From the IMG/VR virus record IMGVR_UViG_3300049740_000832: 64,000 nt of DNA; one strand, written 5' to 3'. The stretch is from a virus. The notes beneath the pieces are model-generated. The model saw only the letters and a list, made by a program, of their open reading frames with translations. It searched no databases and was not told where the DNA came from. Positions 1-9,987 of this stretch are shown here, piece after piece (the stretch's first letter is position 1; each line of letters begins with the position of its first letter). The position numbers were made by a program, and so were the translations under genes.

Positions 1-2
1 AA

Positions 3-185
3 GTCGCAAAGTGGATTGAAGACAATCTGGACTTTGACCAACTCATCCTTGAGTTCTATACGCCTGGCATTCCTGACTCTGGTTGGGTTCATGTGTCGTA
101 TAAGGTGGAAGGTAATCGTAAATCAGTATTGACCGCAATGAGAGAAGATGGCAAGACAGTCTATAAGACTGGACTAATTGAATGA
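3..185 (+). CDS. C-terminal end of peptidase M15A-type endolysin (5'-truncated by window)
   Basis: Manual translation of frame 3: VAKWIEDNLDFDQLILEFYTPGIPDSGWVHVSY...; FDQLI.E and WVHVS motifs are typical of phage M15A peptidases; TGA overlaps next ATG. Confidence 0.75.
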   Translation, partial: VAKWIEDNLDFDQLILEFYTPGIPDSGWVHVSYKVEGNRKSVLTAMREDGKTVYKTGLIE

Positions 186-1027
186 AAAATATCATCTATC
201 AATATATGATAATTGATGAAGATACTAACAAACGGGGTAAAGTTCCTCAGTATCCTCAAGGCACTCGCGCAGAACTATATCAAAAAACCGCAGACCTCTC
301 TGCGGAATCATTTCGCACCTATGCAAATAAGATAGGCGCAATACACCATTATACGAATAATAAGGTGTTTACTAAAGGTAAATCTGGGACTACTGTTCCT
401 TTGTTTGAAGTTCTACGATTAGTTTACGACCCTCTCTATGATGACTTTGATAAGTTGTTGTTTGTCGATACGGATATTATTGCAAATACTGAAGAGAACA
501 TCTTTGACATAGAAGACTGTGATGTTTATGGTGTGTTTGAGTCTGATATTCGGACAACCAAAGGGGGTGGATATAATAGTTGGGATTATAGTCAAAAAAA
601 ATATCAAGAAGTTGCAACAAGATTTAATAGAACGGGTGTCCCTATCGTTGAGAACCGATGGGGTAAAGAACCATCAAGTATAACCTGTTTCAATACTGGT
701 GTCATGGTTTGGTCAAGAGATGCACGACTCAAAGCACGAGAGTGTTTTGATGACTGGTATGAATACATGATGGCAGGAGAGGGTAAGGATGCGTTTTGGG
801 TAAACAATGACCAGTTCTTCATCTCTGGTCAATTGACCAAACACGGATTTGACATCAAGGGTATTGACCAGACTTGGAATGATACACCCACCCATTGGGA
901 AGATGACCGTGGATATGATATGAATTTTCTGCACTACACGGGTGGCGGTAATAAAGTTATCATGCTTGATGATTATACAAATAATAAATTCAAATACTTA
1001 AAAAAATTCAAATATGTAAAGGCATAA
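182..1027 (+). CDS. GT8-like glycosyltransferase
   Basis: LFVDTD (DxD), FNTGVM, NDQ, WN and FLHY motifs. Confidence 0.75.
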   Translation: MKNIIYQYMIIDEDTNKRGKVPQYPQGTRAELYQKTADLSAESFRTYANKIGAIHHYTNNKVFTKGKSGTTVPLFEVLRLVYDPLYDDFDKLLFVDTDIIANTEENIFDIEDCDVYGVFESDIRTTKGGGYNSWDYSQKKYQEVATRFNRTGVPIVENRWGKEPSSITCFNTGVMVWSRDARLKARECFDDWYEYMMAGEGKDAFWVNNDQFFISGQLTKHGFDIKGIDQTWNDTPTHWEDDRGYDMNFLHYTGGGNKVIMLDDYTNNKFKYLKKFKYVKA

Positions 1028-1084
1028 AAAGGGCAAATTCAAATACTTGAAACCGTAAAGATTGAAGACCGCACTTACGCAATC

Positions 1085-1258
1085 GTGCAGATACTCAACT
1101 TTAATTTTATGAATACTTACGAGATTATCTGTTCGGATGAATATTATAGTGATGTTGTCGCAGGCCCGTATCTTTCTATAGAGGAAGCGGTCAAAGACTT
1201 ACTGTCTGTTGCCGAGATGCATGAAAAAATACATGCACGACCCACAAAAAACGCTTGA
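1085..1258 (+). CDS. small hypothetical protein (start uncertain: GTG 1085 or ATG 1109)
   Basis: Open frame filling the gap before the promoter at 1255; not in the ORF track. Confidence 0.35.
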   Translation: MQILNFNFMNTYEIICSDEYYSDVVAGPYLSIEEAVKDLLSVAEMHEKIHARPTKNA

Positions 1259-1283
1259 CAAACTGTGCCCTTTCTTGTATTAT
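1255..1283 (+). promoter_or_regulatory. sigma70-type early promoter
   Basis: TTGACA-17nt-TATTAT, A-tract upstream, AAGGA RBS downstream. Confidence 0.75.
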
Positions 1284-1306
1284 AATAGTATAAGAAAGGA
1301 AAATAT

Positions 1307-1882
1307 ATGAAAAAATATCACAAAGTAGTTCTTACCGACATTGATGGTGTTGTCCTTAACTGGGGATATGCCTTTGATATCTGGATGCAAGAAAAGGGTT
1401 ATGTTGTTAAAGACCCCGATTCCTATGATATAGGTAAGGTCTATGGACTTGAACCTTCTGAATCAAAAGAAATGGTTCGGTTGTTCAACGAAAGTGCTGC
1501 GATTGGTTTTCTACCACCTCTCCGCGATGCAATGCACTATATCAAGAAACTCCATGAAGAACATGGGTATGTCTTTCACGCAATCACAAGTTTGAGTAAA
1601 GACTTTAACGCACAGAAACTTCGGACACAGAACCTTCAGAAGTTGTTTGGTGAAACTGTGTTTGAGAAGTTTATCTATCTTGATACTGGGGCTGACAAAG
1701 ACCAAGAGTTAAGTCAGTATGAAGGTAAAGATTATGTCTGGGTTGAAGACAAGATTGAGAATGCCCAGTGTGGTGCAAGTTTTGGTCTTGACTCTATTCT
1801 CATGGAACACAGTTTCAACATGGATAATACAGAGTTTCCCCTGATGAAAAACTGGAAAGATATATACGAATATTTAACTTGA
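1307..1882 (+). CDS. HAD-family phosphatase / 5'-nucleotidase (T4 gp30.2-like)
   Basis: DIDGV motif I, ITS motif II, WVEDK..N motif IV. Confidence 0.75.
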   Translation: MKKYHKVVLTDIDGVVLNWGYAFDIWMQEKGYVVKDPDSYDIGKVYGLEPSESKEMVRLFNESAAIGFLPPLRDAMHYIKKLHEEHGYVFHAITSLSKDFNAQKLRTQNLQKLFGETVFEKFIYLDTGADKDQELSQYEGKDYVWVEDKIENAQCGASFGLDSILMEHSFNMDNTEFPLMKNWKDIYEYLT

Positions 1883-3396
1883 TATATACTCCTATGAGAT
1901 ATGTTGGTTATTCAGAATACTTTCACGATGCGGCATTGGCTATCGTCAATCCCGATGGTAAAGTCGCATATGCGTCACAATCAGAACGATATAGTAAAAT
2001 AAAAAACGATGAATTGATATTCCCTGAGATGTGGAATTTTGTCAATGATGATGACCACGTTACCTTTTATGAAGATATAAATTTGCGTAAAAAAATGATG
2101 GGCGGTTATCGCACATTTGGTGCCCCTAAATTTAGGAATCAAAAAGAAGAACAAACAGCGCCAATTAGTAATTCATACCTGTATGATGATTTTAATCTAC
2201 ATCATGAAAGTCATTGTGCTCTCGCATTTTTCACTCGGCCGTGGCAATCAAAAGAAGACACAGTTTGTGTTTCAGTAGATGGTTCGGGTGAACTTGAATC
2301 GGTTGCAATTCATGACCACAATCTAAAACCCATAAAAAAAGTTATGTGGCCACAATCTCTTGGAATGTTATATGGGACTGTGACTGGAGCAATAGGTTTG
2401 AAATCTCTTAGAGATGAATATATCGTCATGGGACTTTCTTCGTATGGTGAGGTTGACAAAAAACTTTACGACATATTATATAACGGTTATTATTGGTTTG
2501 AAAGTGAACAGGGATTATACGAGAAAATGATTGTAGATTTTGAACAAACTTCAATCGCAGAAAGTTCCCTAAGCGCTAAATTTGTTGTATATGAAACAAG
2601 AATAAAAAATAGGTGCAAGGAGATATCTATGGAGGATGCCGCTGCAACTGTTCAAAATTTCTTTGAGGTCGAAGTTCTTAAAATTATGAAGGAAGCAAGA
2701 AAGTATGGGTCTAAACTTGTCTATGGTGGTGGTTGTGCCCAAAATGTTATTGCAAACTCTATGATACGCGAACTCTTTGATGACATGCATATTGCAATCG
2801 CACCTAATGATGCAGGCAATGCTCTAGGGTGTGCAGCATACACATGGCATAAAAACACGGGGGGAACACATCTAGACTGGTCTCCATATTTGGGTCATAA
2901 TATTGACCGTGATATCAATCCAAAAGAAGTTGCAAAGTATCTCGTTGAAAATCGAGTCTGTGGTATTGCAAATGGTCGAGCAGAGTATGGCCCTCGTGCA
3001 TTGGGTAATCGGTCTCTGATTGCAGATGTTCGTTATGATGTCAAGGATACCGTTAATGAAATAAAAAAGAGACACAAGTTCAGACCTTTTGGCCCTGCAA
3101 TTCTGTCAGAATTTCAAGACCACTATTTTGATGGTCATAAAAATGAATATATGCAGTATGCTGCAATTGCAAAACATCCTTATGACTCTGTAACACATAT
3201 AGATAATACTGCAAGGGTGCAAGTAGTAAAACCTGATTGCAAATCTGTTCTTAGACAGATATTAGAAGAATATTTTGAACTTACACAAGTCCCAATGTTA
3301 CTAAATACTTCTTTGAACATAAGAAATCAACCTATGGTAAATACCATTGAGGACGCTATAGAATGGGAAAAAAAATATAACGTAAGAGTATTCTAA
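1879..3396 (+). CDS. carbamoyltransferase (NodU/CmcH family)
   Basis: FHDAA, SERYS..KND, HHESH, VDGSGE, EY.VMGL..YG, GGCAQN, EYGPRALGNRS, FRPF.P, LLNTSLN. Confidence 0.92.
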   Translation: MIYTPMRYVGYSEYFHDAALAIVNPDGKVAYASQSERYSKIKNDELIFPEMWNFVNDDDHVTFYEDINLRKKMMGGYRTFGAPKFRNQKEEQTAPISNSYLYDDFNLHHESHCALAFFTRPWQSKEDTVCVSVDGSGELESVAIHDHNLKPIKKVMWPQSLGMLYGTVTGAIGLKSLRDEYIVMGLSSYGEVDKKLYDILYNGYYWFESEQGLYEKMIVDFEQTSIAESSLSAKFVVYETRIKNRCKEISMEDAAATVQNFFEVEVLKIMKEARKYGSKLVYGGGCAQNVIANSMIRELFDDMHIAIAPNDAGNALGCAAYTWHKNTGGTHLDWSPYLGHNIDRDINPKEVAKYLVENRVCGIANGRAEYGPRALGNRSLIADVRYDVKDTVNEIKKRHKFRPFGPAILSEFQDHYFDGHKNEYMQYAAIAKHPYDSVTHIDNTARVQVVKPDCKSVLRQILEEYFELTQVPMLLNTSLNIRNQPMVNTIEDAIEWEKKYNVRVF

Positions 3397-3725
3397 TGGC
3401 AAAAAAACAAAAACAATTACAAGAACAATCAATTTATGATAAGTATGATTTAGATGGGGATGGAACAGTGACAGATGAAGAACTCGCTCGAGCCGAAGAG
3501 ATGCGTAGATTTGATAATGAAGATGCGAAGGCAGACGCACAACGTAAGATGGCGTGGTTTGCTCTGTGGGGTATGTTGTTATATCCACCTAGTATTGGTG
3601 TAGCAAGTATATTTGGATTAGATATTGCAGCATCTTTGATTGCAGATATCGCATCTGTTTATTTCGTATCGGTTGCAGCAATCGTTGCAGCATTCTTCGG
3701 GGCATCTGCACTGAACAAAAAGTAA
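3396..3725 (+). CDS. EF-hand-loop membrane protein with 2 predicted TM helices (possible holin)
   Basis: DLDGDGTVTDEE canonical EF loop; two hydrophobic C-terminal segments. Confidence 0.6.
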   Translation: MAKKQKQLQEQSIYDKYDLDGDGTVTDEELARAEEMRRFDNEDAKADAQRKMAWFALWGMLLYPPSIGVASIFGLDIAASLIADIASVYFVSVAAIVAAFFGASALNKK

Positions 3726-4564
3726 TGAAAATAAGATGGCGTGGAACTTGGGGTGTTGGTGACTTCATGCAAGCACTCAACGCCTCTCATAATTATTGTT
3801 TCAAAAATAAGACAACAGTAAATCTTGAGATGCACTGGCGACATGATGAAGACTACCTTCATCATCCTAAAGACCCAGAAACAATCATTCAAAGAATGGA
3901 TTGGCTACACACACAATATCATCGTCAGGATGATGTGACAGTCACGCATGTTTTTAATTCTCAACTATTTCCGTATAATAACCTCGATACATCAGCCAAT
4001 AAAACCCGATGTTATTTTGATGACAAGCCTGTTGCATCTCCAAAAAATGACTGGATATTCAAACCAGAGTCATTTGTTCCCAAAAGAAAAAAGATAGTTA
4101 TCTGGACACCTACATACAATAGTCAAGCACCAAGAACTTGGAAAAACTTCTTGACAAGTGATGATTGGTATGATATAATTAAGCTACTTTCTTGGGAGGG
4201 TTGGATACTAGTAGAATTAACTTATCGAACTCCTATTAGTGTTGCATTCAAACAAATATCAGAGGCAGATTTTATTGTATGTTATGATGGTATGTGGCAC
4301 TTGATTGCAAGAAATTTTGGTAAACCTATGTTCATACCATCTTGGGAAGGTATCACTGAATACAACACACCACAGGCAATAAGAAGACCTATTTTAGATT
4401 TATCTAAATATAAAGACAATCCCTCTGGGGCGACAGCTGTTGGTCGCAAGGATGTTAAGAAATTTTTTGGTGATGGTAATAAAAAGTTTGAACCTAATCT
4501 TACTAAAATGAAAACAAAAGCAAAAGTTTATTTGAAAAATCTAAAAAAATATCATGAAGATTGA
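3725..4564 (+). CDS. hypothetical protein, possible GT-B-fold glycosyltransferase
   Basis: GVGD N-terminus and I..ADF.V.YDG.WHLIA..FGKP resemble GT9-like proteins; context. Confidence 0.45.
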   Translation: MKIRWRGTWGVGDFMQALNASHNYCFKNKTTVNLEMHWRHDEDYLHHPKDPETIIQRMDWLHTQYHRQDDVTVTHVFNSQLFPYNNLDTSANKTRCYFDDKPVASPKNDWIFKPESFVPKRKKIVIWTPTYNSQAPRTWKNFLTSDDWYDIIKLLSWEGWILVELTYRTPISVAFKQISEADFIVCYDGMWHLIARNFGKPMFIPSWEGITEYNTPQAIRRPILDLSKYKDNPSGATAVGRKDVKKFFGDGNKKFEPNLTKMKTKAKVYLKNLKKYHED

Positions 4565-5513
4565 TAGAGCAGTAATTGAAGTCTATGGTGGATGTAACTA
4601 CTCATGTAGTATGTGTCCTCAAGATATGCGAACAGGTGGTCGGGATAAACGATTCAAGGGTAAGATGACTCTTGAAGAGTTTGAACAGAACGTAGCAGAT
4701 TGTGCTCAACATGGTCTACGAGTCGTAAACCTTGATGGTAGTGGTGAGGCAACCGCAGTCAATAACCTACCCGATTATATCAGGATTGTCAAGAAATATA
4801 ATGCACAGGCTGTTATCTTTTCTAATGGGTTCAAGATGCATGGTCAATACATGAAGGACTGTGTTGATGCGGGTCTTGACTTCTATCGGTTCTCATTCAT
4901 TGGGTCAAACCATGATAAATACGATGAGTGGATGTATAATAAAGTCGGTGGGACATACGAAAAAATTATTCAGAACATCCGCGAAATGAAGGCGTATGTA
5001 GAAGAGACCGAATCAAAATGTGTAGTTGCGACATATCATCTGATTACTGACAATGACAATCTACAGAATGAACTAGACGAATACAAAGCATTGGTCGAAG
5101 ACCTAGGCGTCAGAACAGAGATTTGGAAACTACATAACTGGAGTGGTGTGTATGACCCGTCTTATAAACGCGAAGGTGAGGTAAAGACCTGTGGGCGACC
5201 TTTTAGTCCAGACGTTGTTATTCGTGTTGGTGGCCTTGATGGTAAAAGAGGTGCTGTCGCTCCTTGTTGCCAAGTCTTGGGTAGAGACGAGGAAGCAGTT
5301 CTCGGTCACACATCTGAAAACACAATTGAAGAAATCTGGTTCGGTGATGCGTATAGTCAACTCCGTGATGACCATACTACTGGAAATTATCCTGATTACT
5401 GCCGTGGGTGCGACTTTCTTCTTGATGACCCCGAAGTTCTAATTTATACAAATCACAATCGCGACCTCCACCACATGTATGGCACGGAGTTTGACCTCAA
5501 TGATTTCCGATAA
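4554..5513 (+). CDS. radical SAM protein with SPASM/twitch domain
   Basis: CNYSCSMC (CxxxCxxC); C-terminal CGRPF...PCC...G...IW...C..C. Confidence 0.9.
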   Translation: MKIDRAVIEVYGGCNYSCSMCPQDMRTGGRDKRFKGKMTLEEFEQNVADCAQHGLRVVNLDGSGEATAVNNLPDYIRIVKKYNAQAVIFSNGFKMHGQYMKDCVDAGLDFYRFSFIGSNHDKYDEWMYNKVGGTYEKIIQNIREMKAYVEETESKCVVATYHLITDNDNLQNELDEYKALVEDLGVRTEIWKLHNWSGVYDPSYKREGEVKTCGRPFSPDVVIRVGGLDGKRGAVAPCCQVLGRDEEAVLGHTSENTIEEIWFGDAYSQLRDDHTTGNYPDYCRGCDFLLDDPEVLIYTNHNRDLHHMYGTEFDLNDFR

Positions 5514-6099
5514 CATTTGGATGATACAGATACCTGATAACGAGGTATCACAATATTATGTGAATAGGGTTTTACCTTCGTGGAATAATCATAAGGTAAA
5601 TATGTTTGATGCATATACACCAGACCATATGCCTGACCATCTGAACTTCGGAAAGTTTTGGAACTTTCGAGACTTCAGTCAATCAGAGAAGGCGGGGTTC
5701 TATAGTCATTTAGAACTGTGGAAAAAATGTTTTGAAGAGGATGAACCTATCGCAATCATTGAACACGATGTGATGTGCATCAAAGATGATATGCCTATCA
5801 TAGATAATTTCTTTGCCTTCTGCGATTTTGACTCTGAACAGAGTCATGAAAACTATGCCACAAGATTTAGAGGTCATCCCTATTGGGGGACGGGAGAGAT
5901 GTTCTGTCCAGTCACTCATGCATATTACATGACACCTGATGTGGCAGAGACGATGTATTATAATCTTATAGATACAAAACTGAATAAATTTGTTGATGAT
6001 TACATGTGGGAATTCATGGGTAAGGATACAAACAAAATTGTAAATTACACAAATCCTCTGTATGACAAAGAAGTTGGAGCAACGATGATTCATGAATAG
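5500..6099 (+). CDS. GT25-like glycosyltransferase
   Basis: FDA.TP, SH..LW, I.EHD, HAYY.TP..A. Confidence 0.7.
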   Translation: MISDNIWMIQIPDNEVSQYYVNRVLPSWNNHKVNMFDAYTPDHMPDHLNFGKFWNFRDFSQSEKAGFYSHLELWKKCFEEDEPIAIIEHDVMCIKDDMPIIDNFFAFCDFDSEQSHENYATRFRGHPYWGTGEMFCPVTHAYYMTPDVAETMYYNLIDTKLNKFVDDYMWEFMGKDTNKIVNYTNPLYDKEVGATMIHE

Positions 6100-6880
6100 A
6101 ATGATTTTCCAAGTGGCGGTAGGTAAACCGTCCAAACTATATGAACACTGCATTGAAAGTGTTGCACAATACTGTGAGAAATATAATATTAAACATGTCG
6201 TATTGACTCAACCCAAACTGCGTATCAAACCTGACATCTTTACCAGTGGACGAAGTGAGGAATCCTATATGAAGTATGGGGGATATCTGCCTATCTATGA
6301 GAAGGAGAATGCGTTTGAGTATCTGGATGACTATGACCAGATTGCAATCGTAGATGCAGACATCTATATCCGACCAGACGCACCAAATATCTTTGAAGAC
6401 TTTGGAACAGAACATGCGTTTGGTGCGGTATGTGAACGCGAGATGAATATTCAGGATTGGTATAAAAACAAGATTATCAACTACTCGCGTATGCAATACA
6501 ATCCGCTTCATCGGAATACCCTTGATTTCAAACCAAACAATCTGGGGTTTGAGTTCTTTAACATGGGTCTCATTCTGTTGAACAGTAAACTCTTCAAACC
6601 ATACCTCAAAGGCCAAGACCCACATAGTTTTATCAATCGTATGGAGTTTAAGGACTTTGTTGATGGTGTGGGTGCATGGAAGTGGTCTACCGACCAGACA
6701 CTACTGAACTACTTTCTCAAGAGATATAACATTCCAACTAAACATATGAACGGTAAATGGAATGGTCTGTATAGTGCAGTCGATAATCTGAAGGATTGTC
6801 ACTTCATTCATTTCTTCCTAAAAGACAAACTTCCCAATGCTGGTGAGAATGTTGGAGAGTTGATGAAACAAATCGTATAA
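6092..6880 (+). CDS. GT8-like glycosyltransferase
   Basis: VDADI, FNMG, DQTLLN, KWN, FIHFF. Confidence 0.78.
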   Translation: MNRMIFQVAVGKPSKLYEHCIESVAQYCEKYNIKHVVLTQPKLRIKPDIFTSGRSEESYMKYGGYLPIYEKENAFEYLDDYDQIAIVDADIYIRPDAPNIFEDFGTEHAFGAVCEREMNIQDWYKNKIINYSRMQYNPLHRNTLDFKPNNLGFEFFNMGLILLNSKLFKPYLKGQDPHSFINRMEFKDFVDGVGAWKWSTDQTLLNYFLKRYNIPTKHMNGKWNGLYSAVDNLKDCHFIHFFLKDKLPNAGENVGELMKQIV

Positions 6881-6883
6881 ATA
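6876..6883 (+). promoter_or_regulatory. T4-type late promoter
   Basis: TATAAATA 35 nt upstream of ORF 6918, followed by AAGGA RBS. Confidence 0.7.
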
Positions 6884-6917
6884 ATGTTATTGTCAATAGA
6901 GTGAATAAGGAACTAAC

Positions 6918-7616
6918 ATGTTAAACCCACAAGAGTTTGTGAAGAAAATTCGCAACGAAAATCAAGCATTGTTCGAAGCATCCAAGATGAACGTCAAGGC
7001 ATACTTCGAAGGCGACCTTTCTAAAGAGGAAATGGTTGACCACTTCATTGGTCGCATGGTCAATGAACGTATGAACATGTCTGAAATCTCCGCACAAATC
7101 GCAAGTGCAGACGATGATGCAGACCCAAGAGAATTAGAATTACTTTCAAAACAAGCAGCAGATGAAGCAAAACACTATCGTATGGTCAAGGAAGTTATTG
7201 AACATATCACTGGTGAAGAAGTAGATGCTGCAAGTGCGATTGCAAAAGAACGCGAAATGGATACTGCCAAAGGTGCATCTCTGTTAGAAAAGTATGACGC
7301 AGAGAATGACGAGGCAGTCCTCGCCGCATATCAGTTGGTTGCGGAAGGTCGTGCAGAAGCGGTATGGAATCAGATGGCAGATACTATCGAAGATAGTTTC
7401 ATTTCTGGTCGTTATCGCGAGATTGCAAAGGACGAAGGTTTCCACAGTGGTATCGGTGCATACAAGTTACGCAAAGTTGCAACCGATGAGAAAACACAGA
7501 GTCGTGTTCTTCGTATTATCGAAGCAATGCGTAAAGACCTGTTTGAAATCTCGTGTGCAAATACAGTCGAAGCAAAAGGTTCACGCGAACTTGTGAACAC
7601 AGTCTACGGTTGGTAA
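6918..7616 (+). CDS. ferritin-like diiron protein
   Basis: NE...DEAKH...AEG.A...DEGFH paired ExxH motifs, helical. Confidence 0.8.
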   Translation: MLNPQEFVKKIRNENQALFEASKMNVKAYFEGDLSKEEMVDHFIGRMVNERMNMSEISAQIASADDDADPRELELLSKQAADEAKHYRMVKEVIEHITGEEVDAASAIAKEREMDTAKGASLLEKYDAENDEAVLAAYQLVAEGRAEAVWNQMADTIEDSFISGRYREIAKDEGFHSGIGAYKLRKVATDEKTQSRVLRIIEAMRKDLFEISCANTVEAKGSRELVNTVYGW

Positions 7617-8168
7617 ATGAACGTAGGACTCACACAACGAGTCCTCACGCACAACGGACAAGTTCATGACTCTTTAGACCACAACTGGTATCGGTTGTTG
7701 AAGGGTCATGAACTTATCCCCATCCCAAATCGTGAAGACTTAGATTATGAATCCCTTGCGGAGTCTCTCGACCTTCTCATCGTCACAGGTGGGGATAACG
7801 AAGAGATTCGTATTATCACAGAAGTATCTCTCATAACCGAAATGTCAAGACTGGGTAAACCCATTCTTGGTATCTGTCATGGTGCGTTTCTCCTAACAGA
7901 GATGCTTGGCGGTAGCACGAAGGAAATCGAAGGTCACTATGATACCGAACATCTTGTATATGGAGATGCACCTACCCACATCCGTGTGAACAGTTTTCAT
8001 AATATTTCTATTGACAAACAGCCCCCAAATGGTGTATACTTATATATTGATGGGAATGGTAACATTGAGTCTTGGATGAAAGACAACATATGTGCAATTG
8101 TCTGGCATCCTGAAAGAATGACCAGACCCTTTATACCTGATGAGATACGGAAGGTGACAGGATTATGA
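7617..8168 (+). CDS. class I glutamine amidotransferase-like hydrolase (peptidase C26 / gamma-glutamyl hydrolase type)
   Basis: TGG, PILGICHG (Cys nucleophile), VNSFH, WHPER. Confidence 0.85.
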   Translation: MNVGLTQRVLTHNGQVHDSLDHNWYRLLKGHELIPIPNREDLDYESLAESLDLLIVTGGDNEEIRIITEVSLITEMSRLGKPILGICHGAFLLTEMLGGSTKEIEGHYDTEHLVYGDAPTHIRVNSFHNISIDKQPPNGVYLYIDGNGNIESWMKDNICAIVWHPERMTRPFIPDEIRKVTGL

Positions 8169-8845
8169 TGAAACAGATTGATAATGGAGAGACTTATCAG
8201 GTTACCGATATTTGGAATTATGATATCCAAGTTATAAGGGGTGTCAATACGACTTATATCAATAACAATAACTCGATAGGAACAAGTTATATTATGGGTA
8301 AAGACTGTAGTGTCCATATGAAGAACGGTTGGTCAGTTGAGACTAACAGTTTCGCAGGGCAGACAGACAATGAGTTCACGGTTGAGACACATAATGATAC
8401 CTCTGTGTTTGCTCACATCAAGTTCTATGGTCTGCATCTCAACGATGACCGCATGTTCATACCACATGATAATCCAAAAGGCAACCTATCTTACATGGAC
8501 GGCGGAACGAACACCACCGCAGTCAATCCTGGCCGTCTTGGACTTCCCGTCATCAACTATGTCCACTTCCCCGCAGGGATGAAACAGACTCTCCACACTC
8601 ATCCAAGTCAACGCATCGGATTAGTCCTGTCTGGTAAAGGTGAGATTGAACTTGATAATGATGTAATGTTCCCTATCAAGGCGGGGGATTGTTGGGTCAT
8701 GGAGAGAAATGTTTTACATAATTTTATGTGTAATAAGGGTGAGGATGTTACATTATTTGTATTCAGTCCTGACTCTGGAACAGGGCCAACAGATGAAATC
8801 AACCCATTGAAAGTGAGAACCTATGTCGGACAACAACGATTATAA
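8165..8845 (+). CDS. cupin-domain protein
   Basis: QTLHTHPS.R.G.V..G.G...GD......V.H.F. Confidence 0.75.
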   Translation: MMKQIDNGETYQVTDIWNYDIQVIRGVNTTYINNNNSIGTSYIMGKDCSVHMKNGWSVETNSFAGQTDNEFTVETHNDTSVFAHIKFYGLHLNDDRMFIPHDNPKGNLSYMDGGTNTTAVNPGRLGLPVINYVHFPAGMKQTLHTHPSQRIGLVLSGKGEIELDNDVMFPIKAGDCWVMERNVLHNFMCNKGEDVTLFVFSPDSGTGPTDEINPLKVRTYVGQQRL

Positions 8846-9461
8846 AAAACTATTAATCATAACAGGCCCACAGGGGTCTGGCAATCATCTATTCAGTAAA
8901 GTGTTTAGTTATCATCCATATGTGAGTGGATGGGATTTTGGTGACAAGTATTGGATACCAAGTGACGAAGAACCCTTTGCAGAATGTTGGGTAGACCCAT
9001 CAAAGACGAAGAGTATGTTGAAAAGTTCTGCGGTTGTTGCAAACGTCAGTGTGCCTTTTGTGTATGACGGAGTGAAACAAGTTCCAAAGATACAAGAAGT
9101 CATGAAGGAGGCACAAAACGTAGGGTATGATGTTAAGGTCTGTATTGTAGTTCGAGACCGTAATATAAATATGGAACAACAGTTTAGGGTTAGAAACGAA
9201 TTCACATTGCCACAAGCACTAGGATATTATTACAAACTAGATGCCGACTTACAGTTCCTTTCTCATGAGTCGTTATATTTGTATGGTGGTGCGTATCTGA
9301 AGTGGTTGTCAAAGGTTCTTGACTTTCCGATTGCATATAATGATGAACGAATTGAGAAAGATATTGCAAAAGACCAAAATGCAAAATATGTGGAGCCTGT
9401 TGACTCTCACTGGTTGGATGAACAAGTATGGCAAGGGATAAGACCAAAGAATGAACGGTAA
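8823..9461 (+). CDS. P-loop sulfotransferase-like protein
   Basis: ITGPQGSGNHL N-terminal loop, IVVRD. Confidence 0.55.
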   Translation: MSDNNDYKKLLIITGPQGSGNHLFSKVFSYHPYVSGWDFGDKYWIPSDEEPFAECWVDPSKTKSMLKSSAVVANVSVPFVYDGVKQVPKIQEVMKEAQNVGYDVKVCIVVRDRNINMEQQFRVRNEFTLPQALGYYYKLDADLQFLSHESLYLYGGAYLKWLSKVLDFPIAYNDERIEKDIAKDQNAKYVEPVDSHWLDEQVWQGIRPKNER

Positions 9462-9987
9462 ATACATCTTTGTCACTGGTGCGCCTGGTTCACGATGGAG
9501 TGGTTATGTTGAAGACCACCTATACATTCGTGACGATATAGACAAGAGTGATAGGTCACCTGAACGAGAGTATTGGCATGGTCGTGATGGTTGTAGAGAC
9601 TTAGTGCATAGAGGTGCATACTTTGACCCTGGCATGGAGTTTCGAAATGATGAGAAATATTGGGATAAACCATTTAGTGGTGAAGGTATTCGCATAATCA
9701 AGTCTCATACATTTGCTTATCATATATATTGGTTGATGAGATGGAACTGTCCTATTCATCTGGTATATAGAACTAATCAAGAATGTTTTGATTGGTGGCA
9801 CGAATGTGGTGGTTGGAATATCAAGTATCCCGACTATAAATGGTATCGAGACGATGACAATATGATAGAACAGATACAAATGCAGAACCTTCTTATCAAA
9901 GAATTTGTTGAAGAAGAAGGTCTTGAAAAACATAATGACGGAAAAAGAGATTATTACATATGGACGCCAAAGACAGAGAATGGTTAA
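9451..9987 (+). CDS. P-loop sulfotransferase-like protein
   Basis: FVTGAPGSRWS, IIKSH, LVYR. Confidence 0.55.
   Translation: MNGKYIFVTGAPGSRWSGYVEDHLYIRDDIDKSDRSPEREYWHGRDGCRDLVHRGAYFDPGMEFRNDEKYWDKPFSGEGIRIIKSHTFAYHIYWLMRWNCPIHLVYRTNQECFDWWHECGGWNIKYPDYKWYRDDDNMIEQIQMQNLLIKEFVEEEGLEKHNDGKRDYYIWTPKTENG

Noticed and set aside
1025-1258. Stop-codon readthrough or recoding extending the first GT in frame
   Set aside because: The downstream frame is open, but TAA is the normal stop throughout the window and no suppressor tRNA is present; an independent small ORF is simpler.
4151-4180. TTGACA...TATAAT promoter-like sequence inside ORF 3725
   Set aside because: Intragenic and lacking the downstream cassette/RBS block; may be real but cannot be supported.
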